A DNA stretch of 64,000 nt. It comes from Candidatus Saccharimonadia bacterium (lineage in GTDB: Bacteria > Patescibacteriota > Saccharimonadia > CAILAD01 > BJGX01). Below are positions 47,509 to 56,894 of this stretch, piece after piece. The notes under the pieces were generated by a model, which was not told the DNA's origin, made no database searches, and was given only the letters and a program-made list of their open reading frames with translations. Made by a program: the position numbers and the translations under genes. Within the stretch, counting starts at the first letter, position 1, and every line of letters begins with the position of its first letter. The DNA lies in contig JBCLLN010000001.1 of the NCBI GenBank assembly GCA_039738635.1, positions 42,806 through 106,805 of the forward strand. Reading direction: 5' to 3'.

Positions 47509-48735
47509 TCATTGGGGTTTGGGAAGGCTAAGCTGGAACGAGGAAGGTAGCTTATTATAGAGCGAGGTTAGAGATTGTATTATCTGGTCTGAGTATAGGT
47601 AGGCTAGAATTAGGTATGCTGCGATTATGGCTAGGGCTATAACAATCACCCCAAGATAGCGCCAATATTTTAATTCCTCTTCCTGGGATAGCACTAGTCC
47701 CAGCATATTACTCTTAGCCTGGGCCAGCTTAGACCAATATCCAGCCTGCCAGGCAGTCCAGATAGTCCAGAGGATATATAGACTTGTAGTAGTAAGAGAT
47801 AATAGCAAAAACAATATAAGACCAGATAAATCTGAGCTAAGAATGTAAATATTTAACCCCACCAGCAACAAGCTAAAAAATAGCACCGCCAAAAAAGAAA
47901 TAAGCGAATTAAGCCCATAGCCAAGGTTAGCTAGGGGATGAAAAAATACTTGCTTAAGGGCTAATGTGGTTTTATTTGGGCCATCCTTGCCACCGACTGC
48001 TACACCAACCAACAGCCAAAACTTAAAGCTATTATAGAGAGTCAATAAAACTAGCGCCACCACTGCACTAACGCCATATAAAATGAGCCCAAGACTTACA
48101 GAGCCATAACTCAGTACATAGGCCACATAAAAAGTTCCAAAAACTATTACCACAAACAGCACGAATGCCATAGACTTAATAATTTTCTGGCCCACAATAC
48201 TAAATACCAACCCTGCTGATTGTTTTAATGATTTACCTATCTTGGGCTTACGGCTATCAAGTTGTTGGAAACGGAATCTTATAATTGCCGGTGATATTAA
48301 TGTGTCCGCTAGTCCGCTAACTATAACTATCAACCCTAAAACTCCCATAGCTACAACTATCTGAAAGGCATTTTGAGGATCAACTACAGACTTAAGGTAG
48401 CTTAATATTTCATCTGGCCTGAGAGTTGCTAAATACTTTACTTGAAAGCTAATGATCGGCAGCGCTGCAATTGATATGACCTTTAGGCTTAAGATATTAC
48501 GAATAAAAGCCAATTCAAATATATCGGCACTAAACACTGCCCCCCAAGATGCTTTAATAAGCGCCAAGTAGCGCAGCTTGCCACTACTGTGCCTGCTCAT
48601 GCGGACCGGCTGATTGGCCACAGACTCTCTGTGAGGATGGATTGGTTTTGGAGGCTGGGTCGGGCTAGTCTTGGGACGGGCGACAATTGGGCCTTTACGA
48701 ACCTTAACGATATCGATTTTTTTTAGATTAGACAT
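47509..48735 (-). CDS. Polytopic membrane hypothetical protein
   Basis: 408 aa, about 7 hydrophobic segments. Confidence 0.65.
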   Translation of the reverse strand: MSNLKKIDIVKVRKGPIVARPKTSPTQPPKPIHPHRESVANQPVRMSRHSSGKLRYLALIKASWGAVFSADIFELAFIRNILSLKVISIAALPIISFQVKYLATLRPDEILSYLKSVVDPQNAFQIVVAMGVLGLIVIVSGLADTLISPAIIRFRFQQLDSRKPKIGKSLKQSAGLVFSIVGQKIIKSMAFVLFVVIVFGTFYVAYVLSYGSVSLGLILYGVSAVVALVLLTLYNSFKFWLLVGVAVGGKDGPNKTTLALKQVFFHPLANLGYGLNSLISFLAVLFFSLLLVGLNIYILSSDLSGLILFLLLSLTTTSLYILWTIWTAWQAGYWSKLAQAKSNMLGLVLSQEEELKYWRYLGVIVIALAIIAAYLILAYLYSDQIIQSLTSLYNKLPSSFQLSLPKPQ

Positions 48736-48931
48736 AATTTTGCTTATGTTTAATTATAACTCTAATCACGCAAGCGAGCAAAACTTTTTTTAAGCCTTAC
48801 GGCCCTGCCCATCGTGGTGTATAATATGAACTCAATTATTAATAATATAATAATCACTTTTCTTGCTTAAAGAATTTAGGTTGCTTGGTGGTGGTGCTCG
48901 TACTCCCCGCTCTATTGAAAAAACTTATGTC

Positions 48932-50956
48932 ATGAACAAGACCTCAACAAAAAAGAATCCCAGGCTAAGCATTAAGGAAATGCTAGCAAGCTCAAGGCCA
49001 CTTAGCTGGGTCAATACAGCAGCTCCGTTTTTTGTGGGATATTTACTAGCCCATGGCTCTATAAATATTGCCTCTATGATAGGTGTTATTTACTTTAGCT
49101 TTTTTTATAATTTTTTATTATGCGGGGTAGGTGATATTTATGATGATAAATCAGATATTAAAAATCCTCGCAAAAACTCCATTGAGGAAGCTGTCGCGAA
49201 TAAGCACAAGCATAAGCTTATGTTTTATTTTATTGCAGGCAGTAATCTGCCAATTGTACTATACCTGCTTGTTACGGGGACCCTTGCTAGTGGTGTCCTG
49301 CTAATAATAGTGATATTTTTAGCTTTGAGCTATTGGGTCAAACCTTTTAGATTTAAGGAAGTTCCAATTCTAGATTCTATTAACTCTAGCCTGCATTTTG
49401 TGATGCCATTTATATTTGGGTTGGTATATGGTAACGCGCAGTCCCTGCCCTGGCCGGCAATTATTGCCTTTTTTATGTGGGGCATAGCCTCACATTCCCT
49501 TGGCTCCATCGCAGACATTAAGCCAGACCGGGCTCGCATAATTAGCTCTATCGCCACTAAGCTAGGGGCTAAATTCACCAATACTTATAGCCTTGTATTT
49601 TACTGCCTGAGTTGTCTGGTAGTTATTATATTCTATTTTCCGTGGGGTTTAGTTGCTGGAATTATACTATCTCCCTACGCGGTTAATGTGGTATTTTTTA
49701 GAAAGTATAAATCCGATGCTAAAAGCGATGAGTACAGGCGGGCCTGGAAGAATTTTATTTGGCTTAATGTGATATGCGGAGCATGGCTATCGCTACTGCT
49801 ATTATTTATATTTGACCCATTTGGTTTAGGTGCAACGAGAGTAGGCTGGGTGGGTGGATTTTTAATTGTCTTTGCTACTGTGCAATTTGCCCTGACCTAC
49901 TATAACTACAAAAAAATCGCCAGACCCAAGACCAAGCGACTTGGAGAGTTGCCCAATATCAATATATTATTACACTCCATCGGGAATCAAGACGACATCG
50001 CCTCTACCCTGCTAGCTTTAATCGGTCAGAATTACCCACACTTTGATATATATTATGCCAATCTAGATCACAATCCACAGTCCTATAAAATAGCCGAGGG
50101 CTACCAAGATAGTAGGCTTCATATTATAAGAGTAGATAAAACTCCAAGTGGGTGGACTCAGCAAGCCTGGGCTACCCATACACTACTAGCTAAAACAAAC
50201 TCCGAGCTGGTGGTCTTACTTGGGGCAGATACTATTCTTTTACCTAATACTCTCTCGGTTATTGCTAGCCTCTTTGACTCCCAAGGACTTGACTTAGTTT
50301 CGTTACTTCCGGCCGACCAAAATAAATCATTTTGGCAACAGTTAGTGATGAGCCAAGAACAGTATTTGCTGATGGGGCTATGCCCACCCGCATATCTTAC
50401 TCAATACTTTCCTTTTCTTGCGACTGCCTACAGTAGTTTGATTGCATTTAAAAAGTCTGCCATCAAAAAAATTGGAGGCTTCGAGGTTGTCCGCTTGAGC
50501 CCCCTAGAAGATCTTGATATTGCCAATAAGGCTAGGGAGAAAGGATTAAACACTCAGTTTTATGCAGCCAGCGAGCTGGCGGTAAGCCAAAATAAGTCTA
50601 GTTTTATAGAGCTTTATAAATACAATAAGCAACGGCTCTACCCCAGCCTGCACTTTAATATGCCGTTGAGCTTGGCGCTGATTTCTGGTGGGCTATTGGT
50701 GATTACATTCCCGCCGATCCTGCTAGTGACCTTACTATTACTGGGCGCCTATGAGGGTACAATATTGCTAGCCATTGCTTGCGTCCTGATGTTATGGAAC
50801 AGGCTATATGTGATGATTCGCTCCAGGCAGAGTATTGTTGGCGGTTTACTCTACCCTATTGGCACAATGATAATGCTACTTGCGGTAATTAGCTCTATGG
50901 CTGGCTACGAAATTAAAAAGCCTCACTGGGAAAGTCGGCTAGATATACCATCATAG
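48932..50956 (+). CDS. UbiA-family prenyltransferase (CrtEb-like) fused to a degenerate GT2 domain
   Basis: SSRPLSWVNTAAPF, DIYDDKSDIKNPRK, RFKEVPILDS, DIKPDR; C-terminal LIGQNYP, PSGW, GGFE...LED. Confidence 0.75.
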   Translation: MNKTSTKKNPRLSIKEMLASSRPLSWVNTAAPFFVGYLLAHGSINIASMIGVIYFSFFYNFLLCGVGDIYDDKSDIKNPRKNSIEEAVANKHKHKLMFYFIAGSNLPIVLYLLVTGTLASGVLLIIVIFLALSYWVKPFRFKEVPILDSINSSLHFVMPFIFGLVYGNAQSLPWPAIIAFFMWGIASHSLGSIADIKPDRARIISSIATKLGAKFTNTYSLVFYCLSCLVVIIFYFPWGLVAGIILSPYAVNVVFFRKYKSDAKSDEYRRAWKNFIWLNVICGAWLSLLLLFIFDPFGLGATRVGWVGGFLIVFATVQFALTYYNYKKIARPKTKRLGELPNINILLHSIGNQDDIASTLLALIGQNYPHFDIYYANLDHNPQSYKIAEGYQDSRLHIIRVDKTPSGWTQQAWATHTLLAKTNSELVVLLGADTILLPNTLSVIASLFDSQGLDLVSLLPADQNKSFWQQLVMSQEQYLLMGLCPPAYLTQYFPFLATAYSSLIAFKKSAIKKIGGFEVVRLSPLEDLDIANKAREKGLNTQFYAASELAVSQNKSSFIELYKYNKQRLYPSLHFNMPLSLALISGGLLVITFPPILLVTLLLLGAYEGTILLAIACVLMLWNRLYVMIRSRQSIVGGLLYPIGTMIMLLAVISSMAGYEIKKPHWESRLDIPS

Positions 50957-50971
50957 TGCTGGAATAATATG

Positions 50972-51826
50972 CTACCGTTTCTTTTCTTTGATTTTTTTAT
51001 CACTGCGTTTAAAGATGACTTTTGAGATTATTATGCCAAACACACTAGCCCCTGCGATTACAAGAAATACCGGAATTGTCTGAGATATAAGTGTCGCTAC
51101 AATAGCGCCGATCATCCCAACTCCAAAATCGGTCTGCGAGGTAGGTGAGCCGATACCTAGCGCAGAATATAATATTGTCGTTAGCCCGGCCACTATTAAC
51201 CCAATTATTGAACCTGCCAAAAAGGCAGTAAAAACTCTAGAGAGCTTTTTGCTGCCTTTTTTGATATTAAGTAGTGCTACCAATACTGAGCCCCCAATTA
51301 TTACAGCCCACAGAATTGGTATAAGTGTGACAGCAGTGGCATATATTGACCTAGCCTTATCTAGCTGGCCCAATACATTTTGGTCGGTTTTGTCCTTGCT
51401 AATAATAGTAAGATAGTCTGGCAGTATTTTACTAACTTCAAATTTAGCCTTAGGGTCATCGAGTTTGCTGTTGATACTTTTTTTAATAGGCTGCAAATCT
51501 ATTTCTATCTCAATTGATTGTGATGAATTATTGAGCCATTCTATAATACTTATTTGGCTATCCTGTAAGATGCTCTTAACTAATTCTGGCGAGACAGCAC
51601 TGCTAATACCATTTTGAACTATAGTAACCACATCCCCGCTGCCTACTACCTGAGACTTTAGCGAGCTACTAAGGCTCATGGCTGTTGACTTATAAAACCC
51701 AGACTCGTCGAGAACCTGCGTAATCTTTTGGTTAGAAGAAAATACCCCCACAAATGTCATAGCATAAACCAATAACACAACAGATATACAGATAATAAAC
51801 TGAAGGAGTTTATTCAATAGTGACAT
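50972..51826 (-). CDS. Membrane hypothetical protein
   Basis: 284 aa, one N-terminal and three C-terminal TMs. Confidence 0.65.
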   Translation of the reverse strand: MSLLNKLLQFIICISVVLLVYAMTFVGVFSSNQKITQVLDESGFYKSTAMSLSSSLKSQVVGSGDVVTIVQNGISSAVSPELVKSILQDSQISIIEWLNNSSQSIEIEIDLQPIKKSINSKLDDPKAKFEVSKILPDYLTIISKDKTDQNVLGQLDKARSIYATAVTLIPILWAVIIGGSVLVALLNIKKGSKKLSRVFTAFLAGSIIGLIVAGLTTILYSALGIGSPTSQTDFGVGMIGAIVATLISQTIPVFLVIAGASVFGIIISKVIFKRSDKKIKEKKR

Positions 51827-51903
51827 TACTGCTTGGCTTTCATGCTTGATATTTTAAAGCATAAGGCCATAGATAGCTAGCAAATATGAGAGTAGTAATG
51901 GGA

Positions 51904-52653
51904 TTATTTGTTGTAGTGTGTTAAAAACTGCTCTTTAAGGTCAAAGCTGGTCTGTTTAAAGGTGGCCAAAATGGAATCTAAGGCTTGGTTTCTTGTGGTT
52001 ATGAGCTTTTGAATTTTGGCTTTATCTAGCGCCATATTAATCTTAATACTCACAAACTCTTGTTTGGCGGAATTAATATCCGCACTGAATTTTATCTTAA
52101 CATCAGGGCTGGCTTGACCGTTAGCACAGGCCGCGCGAGCTTGGGTCGAGATAGATTCAATGTTGCTCATAAATTTAACCTCTGAGCGAGATACTATATC
52201 GTCATGCGTGGCAACCAACGACCCTAGGCTATCCCTAAACTCTTTCCTTATCGCATCTATACTACTTCGCCTAATATTAATTGCTAGAGTAATTCCCGCA
52301 CGGTACTCTGCCACCGCCGTAATCTGCTCAGTGCTTTTGGTTAATTTGTTAATTTGACCATAATGCTCTACCCGGCTCTTATCGACATCAAGACGCAATT
52401 TGGCTAACTTAGTATCAATGATGTCCTCTGATAGCTTACTCCTAGTATCCTTGGCAGTTGCTTCATTTTCATTATGTCGCTGGTGTATATTTTTATAATT
52501 TTCATTTGCTATAGATTCAATACGCTCACAAAATGGTAGGGCTTGGATGTTGGATTGTTCGCGAGATTGGGCCAAGCCAGTGGTAATAAAAGTAATATTA
52601 AATAATACTAATCCCACCAAAACTATTAAAAATAATTTTTTAATTGCCAGCAT
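51904..52653 (-). CDS. Secreted coiled-coil protein in the ECF sigma operon
   Basis: Signal peptide, helical, overlaps the upstream gene. Confidence 0.65.
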   Translation of the reverse strand: MLAIKKLFLIVLVGLVLFNITFITTGLAQSREQSNIQALPFCERIESIANENYKNIHQRHNENEATAKDTRSKLSEDIIDTKLAKLRLDVDKSRVEHYGQINKLTKSTEQITAVAEYRAGITLAINIRRSSIDAIRKEFRDSLGSLVATHDDIVSRSEVKFMSNIESISTQARAACANGQASPDVKIKFSADINSAKQEFVSIKINMALDKAKIQKLITTRNQALDSILATFKQTSFDLKEQFLTHYNK

Positions 52654-53161
52654 TTATAACCTCATCTAAATTAGACTCGTTCGATAGCTTAGCCTCGGCT
52701 TGCTGAGTGGCGGCATTATCTGTGGCAGAATTACTAATGTCGTTTTCGGCATCAGCCAAATTAAGGTTATGAAGATTATCAACCGTGCCATTAGCCTTCA
52801 AGGCTACGCTAGAGAGTGGGTCTGCTGGCCCTCTAGAGTTAAATATAGCTAGCCCTCCGGCCATCATAAATACAACAAACACTGCCAGCACGGAAGTTGT
52901 TAGCCTTAATCTGCTAGGCCATAATTTTGCCGCTAGTGAGCTGGGCCTGTTGGGGGTGGTATCGATAACCTTAAGAGTTTGAGACATGGCATGCTTACCG
53001 CGGCTCGGCTTAGCCCGCAAGCCCATAGCCTGAGTTTGGATATCTAAAACCAGCTGAAGTTTTTTTACTTCAGCTGGGCTAAGCCCACTGGTGTGTTTAG
53101 GGGATGCTTTTTTAAGATTATTATCTAGGTGATATTGAAGTATTTGTTGATAGTTATTCAT
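52640..53161 (-). CDS. Putative anti-sigma factor (single TM)
   Basis: Overlaps the ECF sigma stop; one TM. Confidence 0.55.
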   Translation of the reverse strand: MNNYQQILQYHLDNNLKKASPKHTSGLSPAEVKKLQLVLDIQTQAMGLRAKPSRGKHAMSQTLKVIDTTPNRPSSLAAKLWPSRLRLTTSVLAVFVVFMMAGGLAIFNSRGPADPLSSVALKANGTVDNLHNLNLADAENDISNSATDNAATQQAEAKLSNESNLDEVINAGN

Positions 53162-53726
53162 TGGTTTTTTCCTTGTTCATTTCTAGCTGAAGCTTTTGGA
53201 TGCCCCTAGAATATAATTTTCTAGTGGTTACGTCGCTCTTTTTTATTATTCTAGCAATCTCTGGATTGGTAAGGCCATCCACTAGCCTTAATGATACTAC
53301 TTCTTGGTAATTGTTGGGTAGCCGCCTAATGGCAGTAATTATCTCAGAGGTAGCTTCCCTGGAATTTGCCAGCTCATGTGGCCCTTGGGCTGTATCAACT
53401 AACAGCGGTAGTATCGTCTCCGAGTTTGATACTGGGCGAATTTTGTTTGAACGCCAATAGTCTGCTATCACACTTCTGGCGATAGTAAATACATACGCCA
53501 ATGGAGAATAGCCTTGGTCTTTCCAGTTTGCAAGGTTTTTATAAAAGCGAATAAACACTTGCTGGGCTAGATCCTCGGCATCATCACCAGTGGGGACTCT
53601 AAAGGCTATGAATCTTAATATAGGCTCATAGAACTCAACATAAAGTTTCTCAAAGGCCTGATCATCGCCAGCCTGAGCTGAACTAATCAATTCTAGCAAA
53701 TATTTTTGCTGGCTATCTGCAGCCAT
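53154..53726 (-). CDS. ECF RNA polymerase sigma factor
   Basis: GDDQAFEKLY, AEDLAQQVF, IARSVIADYWR, LPNNYQEVVSLR, EIARII. Confidence 0.92.
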   Translation of the reverse strand: MAADSQQKYLLELISSAQAGDDQAFEKLYVEFYEPILRFIAFRVPTGDDAEDLAQQVFIRFYKNLANWKDQGYSPLAYVFTIARSVIADYWRSNKIRPVSNSETILPLLVDTAQGPHELANSREATSEIITAIRRLPNNYQEVVSLRLVDGLTNPEIARIIKKSDVTTRKLYSRGIQKLQLEMNKEKTNE

Positions 53727-53965
53727 AATAACGCTTCATATCCTTAGTTTGTGACATCCGATGATTATACAGCATTTTGACTTATTATTTAAGCTTATTT
53801 ATGCCCCCTACCAGATATGTTATAATAAGCTTTGGTAGAAAATTAAAAAATACGATTTGTAAAACCAAGCCGCTAGGCTGTTTGACAAATCGATAGGAAA
53901 AATATGGCGATAACTGGAGTAATTTGCCTATAAAAATTACGAAAGTCTAAGCCGTATTTAGACGA

Positions 53966-54042
53966 AGGGGTGTAGCTCAGTTGGCTAGAGCGTCGGTCTC
54001 CAAAACCGAAGGCCGCGGGTTCGATTCCTGCCACCCCTGCCA
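53966..54042 (+). tRNA. tRNA-Trp(CCA)
   Basis: Cloverleaf; acceptor aggggtg/cacccct, anticodon loop ctccaaa, TTCGA, encoded CCA. Confidence 0.96.
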
Positions 54043-54144
54043 TCCTTCGCTGAAGCTCCGGACTGGCAAGCCGGTATGAAGCCTTGTCGAAATACGGTAG
54101 ACCATGAACCAAAGCAATTATCAAAACAAGTGTATAATAAACAT

Positions 54145-54528
54145 ATGAAATTCTGGAAGAAAAAGACACCAATTATTGTACAAAAAAGTTCTGAGCCCTT
54201 AGTATGGCCACAACGACCCTATGCTATACAGCTATTGGTTGATAGCGGTAATAATCTATCTGAGCTAAAAAAACTACTAGCTGGCATAGAACGCCCAGAT
54301 TTGTTACCTTGCCCAGCCTGTAAAAGTAGCGATCTAGTAACTACAATGGACTGGGGGCTTATGCTAGAGCCCGAGGAGCCGTGGAGAAGTTATGGGCTTA
54401 CAAGCTCTGGTGGGTATCCTGGTGGTTGTTGTATAAGTTATCCCGAGGCACGATGGGTATGTCTTGATTGTGGAGCTCAATTTTTCCCGAACGGACGAAT
54501 CCTTACTAAGGCAGAGGATGGAGAATAA
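54145..54528 (+). CDS. Hypothetical protein with CxxC zinc-ribbon motifs
   Basis: CPAC, GGCC, CLDC; TATAAT 6 nt before ATG 54145. Confidence 0.6.
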   Translation: MKFWKKKTPIIVQKSSEPLVWPQRPYAIQLLVDSGNNLSELKKLLAGIERPDLLPCPACKSSDLVTTMDWGLMLEPEEPWRSYGLTSSGGYPGGCCISYPEARWVCLDCGAQFFPNGRILTKAEDGE

Positions 54529-54555
54529 TTTTATAGATATTGATACACTATATCT

Positions 54556-54990
54556 ATGAAAGTATTTATTGAAAACGAAGCCGGCAAGGCTATCAAGAAC
54601 ATCCATAATGAAAAGACGCTCGAGTTTAAGAAGTCTTACGAACTCAAGCTGGCTTATCCTTATCCGTACGGATTTATCCTCAACACCACCAGCGGCGATG
54701 GTGATAACTTGGATTGTTTTGTACTCACAAATCAAAAACTAAAAACCGGCCAAACAGTTGATTGCGAGCCGATTGCTCTGATGAAACAGGTAGAAAACGG
54801 CAATGAAGACTACAATGTAATTGCTGTACTCAAAGGCGAGTCTACTGAATTAACTCCAGGAATCAAAGAGAAATTAACACAGTTTACATTGCATGTTTTT
54901 GACCACTGGGAGTGGATAAAAGACATGCGAGTAGAAGGCTTTGATAGCAAAGAGGCTGCCCTTAAATACATTGAGTCTTGTAAAGATTAG
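54556..54990 (+). CDS. ppa: Family I inorganic pyrophosphatase
   Basis: YPYPYGFILNT, DGDNLDC. Confidence 0.85.
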   Translation: MKVFIENEAGKAIKNIHNEKTLEFKKSYELKLAYPYPYGFILNTTSGDGDNLDCFVLTNQKLKTGQTVDCEPIALMKQVENGNEDYNVIAVLKGESTELTPGIKEKLTQFTLHVFDHWEWIKDMRVEGFDSKEAALKYIESCKD

Positions 54991-55063
54991 TTCTAGCATC
55001 CATAACCACCTGGAGCCAAGTATTATGCTTAAAAGATTAAAGGATTTTTGTTATCATTAGTCT

Positions 55064-55594
55064 ATGAAGTCTCAATTATTACAGAACCCAGAGATTAAAC
55101 GAGAACACCTAGTTCCACCAGTAAAACTGGCTCTAGTGTATCTCAACAAACCACTAGATGTTGCATTGACTGCCCAGCTTACTATTGCTACTGGACATAT
55201 AGAAACGACATTTGTTGGTAAAAGTATGGATTATAAACATAAAAAAGTGGCTGATAAGGTTGCATCCTGGGGGTTTAGTAAAGAATCAATTAAAAGTTTA
55301 CCAGAAGATAAGGTGCAGACAGTAACTGAACTTATAGAGAGAAATCCTAATAGTCGATTAATTGGATGTGTGGTATCTGGTGGTTCTAACCCATTTGAAT
55401 TTGATTGGAGCGATGAAGATATACTCGTAATCGGTGGTGCAAATGGGCTGTCCAGGGCTGACCAAGAGTTAATGGATGGGCTAGTGACGATTCCGACAAC
55501 TGAAGCAACATCATTTATGACTGTTTCAAATGTGGTATCTGCTCTTACCTACCATATCCTTACCCAGCGTGGACTTTGGAATAAGATAAGATAG
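55064..55594 (+). CDS. SPOUT (SpoU/TrmH-like) methyltransferase-like protein
   Basis: LVIGGANGLS...VTIP...FMTVSNVVS resembles the SPOUT knot motifs. Confidence 0.65.
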   Translation: MKSQLLQNPEIKREHLVPPVKLALVYLNKPLDVALTAQLTIATGHIETTFVGKSMDYKHKKVADKVASWGFSKESIKSLPEDKVQTVTELIERNPNSRLIGCVVSGGSNPFEFDWSDEDILVIGGANGLSRADQELMDGLVTIPTTEATSFMTVSNVVSALTYHILTQRGLWNKIR

Positions 55595-55604
55595 TAATTT
55601 TTGA

Positions 55605-55647
55605 TACAATGAAAATACTGGCTGATGCGACAGTTAATATGATATTG
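55605..55647 (+). repeat. Imperfect 42-43 bp direct repeat family E, copy 1
   Basis: tacaatgaaaatactggctgatgcgacagttaatatgatattg, similar to 56801..56842. Confidence 0.75.
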
Positions 55648-55820
55648 ACTAGGTAGGCGTGTAGCCCCTAGATACCACAGAAAGAAGTTATAATAGCATG
55701 AAAATCATTGAAGCAAGGCTTGCTGGATATGGCCAGTGTGTGGTGCCTTAAACCAGGCAAACATGATATATTGACGAGTGAAAGGCCTATGCCAGCTACT
55801 TGCGAGAGGTCGTAAGTCTT

Positions 55821-56771
55821 TTATCTAGGTTTAGTGCTCGTAAAAGTGATAGACCGCGGACTATCAAGCGCTACGGTCGCACCGCTTATAATTTCTCCGA
55901 CTTTGACCTGACCTGAACGAACAATCCGGTCAATCTCACCAACAGCTCTCCTGCCAGGGTTGATACCTAATCCTACTGTATCGTTAGTGGCACTAACTGC
56001 GACAATAAAATCGTCAGCCTTAGCTTCTAGTTCGGTAACCACCCTTTCGCCCTTCTTGGACTTATCCATTCCAAAACTTGACACCGAGAGGGGTAGGCCG
56101 TTAACCGTTAGCTTATACTTATTAGGCTGTATCTGATCAAACCCCTGACCTTCATTGGTAACAGTGCGTAGTAACCCATCGTAACTTATTGAGATTCTTA
56201 TTACTTCCGTTCCGCTAGCTCCGTAAAAATCTAAACCATTTTTGGTAGGCACCAAGATTGGATTAACCATATCCACCGCATCACCCCCTTCAGTATCCTT
56301 GAAAAATTCTTTACCATCTGGCCCAACCGCTATTAGTTTAGCGGCTGTCATTGGCCCTTCATAATGGACACTGCCGAGTAATATGGACTTATGTTCTTTA
56401 AGTTCGCTCCATTGAATTTCTGCCATAGGACTAGATTCATCAACTACGACAGAATCACCTGCTGGCTTGACTCCAGTATGTTGTAACGTCTCAACCACAC
56501 GTAGGTCAATGCTATCTCCAAGTTTTGCCTTAAGCGCATCCACCTCCGCCTGGGAGTTAATACCCCGATCAGCATTAGCAACAGCGTTATTCAGTTCAAG
56601 CACATGTTCGGATATATCTTGAGCTTCAACTTTGTTTGTATCTTCCACTGCACTATTAATACCTAGGGCGACTCCGGCTGCAGTAACTCCCGCTACGCCT
56701 ATTGCAACATTACGCCAGAACTTACTGTTACGTGTTGATCTTCGTTCGGCAAATCGTTCATTTTCAATCAT
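55821..56771 (-). CDS. Secreted or membrane-anchored hypothetical protein
   Basis: 316 aa, basic N-terminus plus TM, GAAAGG RBS. Confidence 0.7.
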   Translation of the reverse strand: MIENERFAERRSTRNSKFWRNVAIGVAGVTAAGVALGINSAVEDTNKVEAQDISEHVLELNNAVANADRGINSQAEVDALKAKLGDSIDLRVVETLQHTGVKPAGDSVVVDESSPMAEIQWSELKEHKSILLGSVHYEGPMTAAKLIAVGPDGKEFFKDTEGGDAVDMVNPILVPTKNGLDFYGASGTEVIRISISYDGLLRTVTNEGQGFDQIQPNKYKLTVNGLPLSVSSFGMDKSKKGERVVTELEAKADDFIVAVSATNDTVGLGINPGRRAVGEIDRIVRSGQVKVGEIISGATVALDSPRSITFTSTKPR

Positions 56772-56800
56772 TGCGAGACCTTTCTATTATAGGTATATAC

Positions 56801-56842
56801 TACAATGAAATACTGGCCGAGACAACAGTTAATATGATATTG
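56801..56842 (+). repeat. Imperfect direct repeat family E, copy 2
   Basis: tacaatgaaatactggccgagacaacagttaatatgatattg. Confidence 0.75.
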
Positions 56843-56894
56843 TTTAGCTAAAGAATGGCAATGCTAGAGGAATCAATCTATACTAATTAAGAGT

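Noticed and set aside
48878-48912. Possible riboswitch upstream of the UbiA-GT2 fusion (ggtggtggtgctcgtactccccgc)
   Set aside because: No convincing stem set or match to a family I can name
53873-54172. 99-aa minus-strand ORF
   Set aside because: Antisense shadow of tRNA-Trp (AGVAGIEPA)
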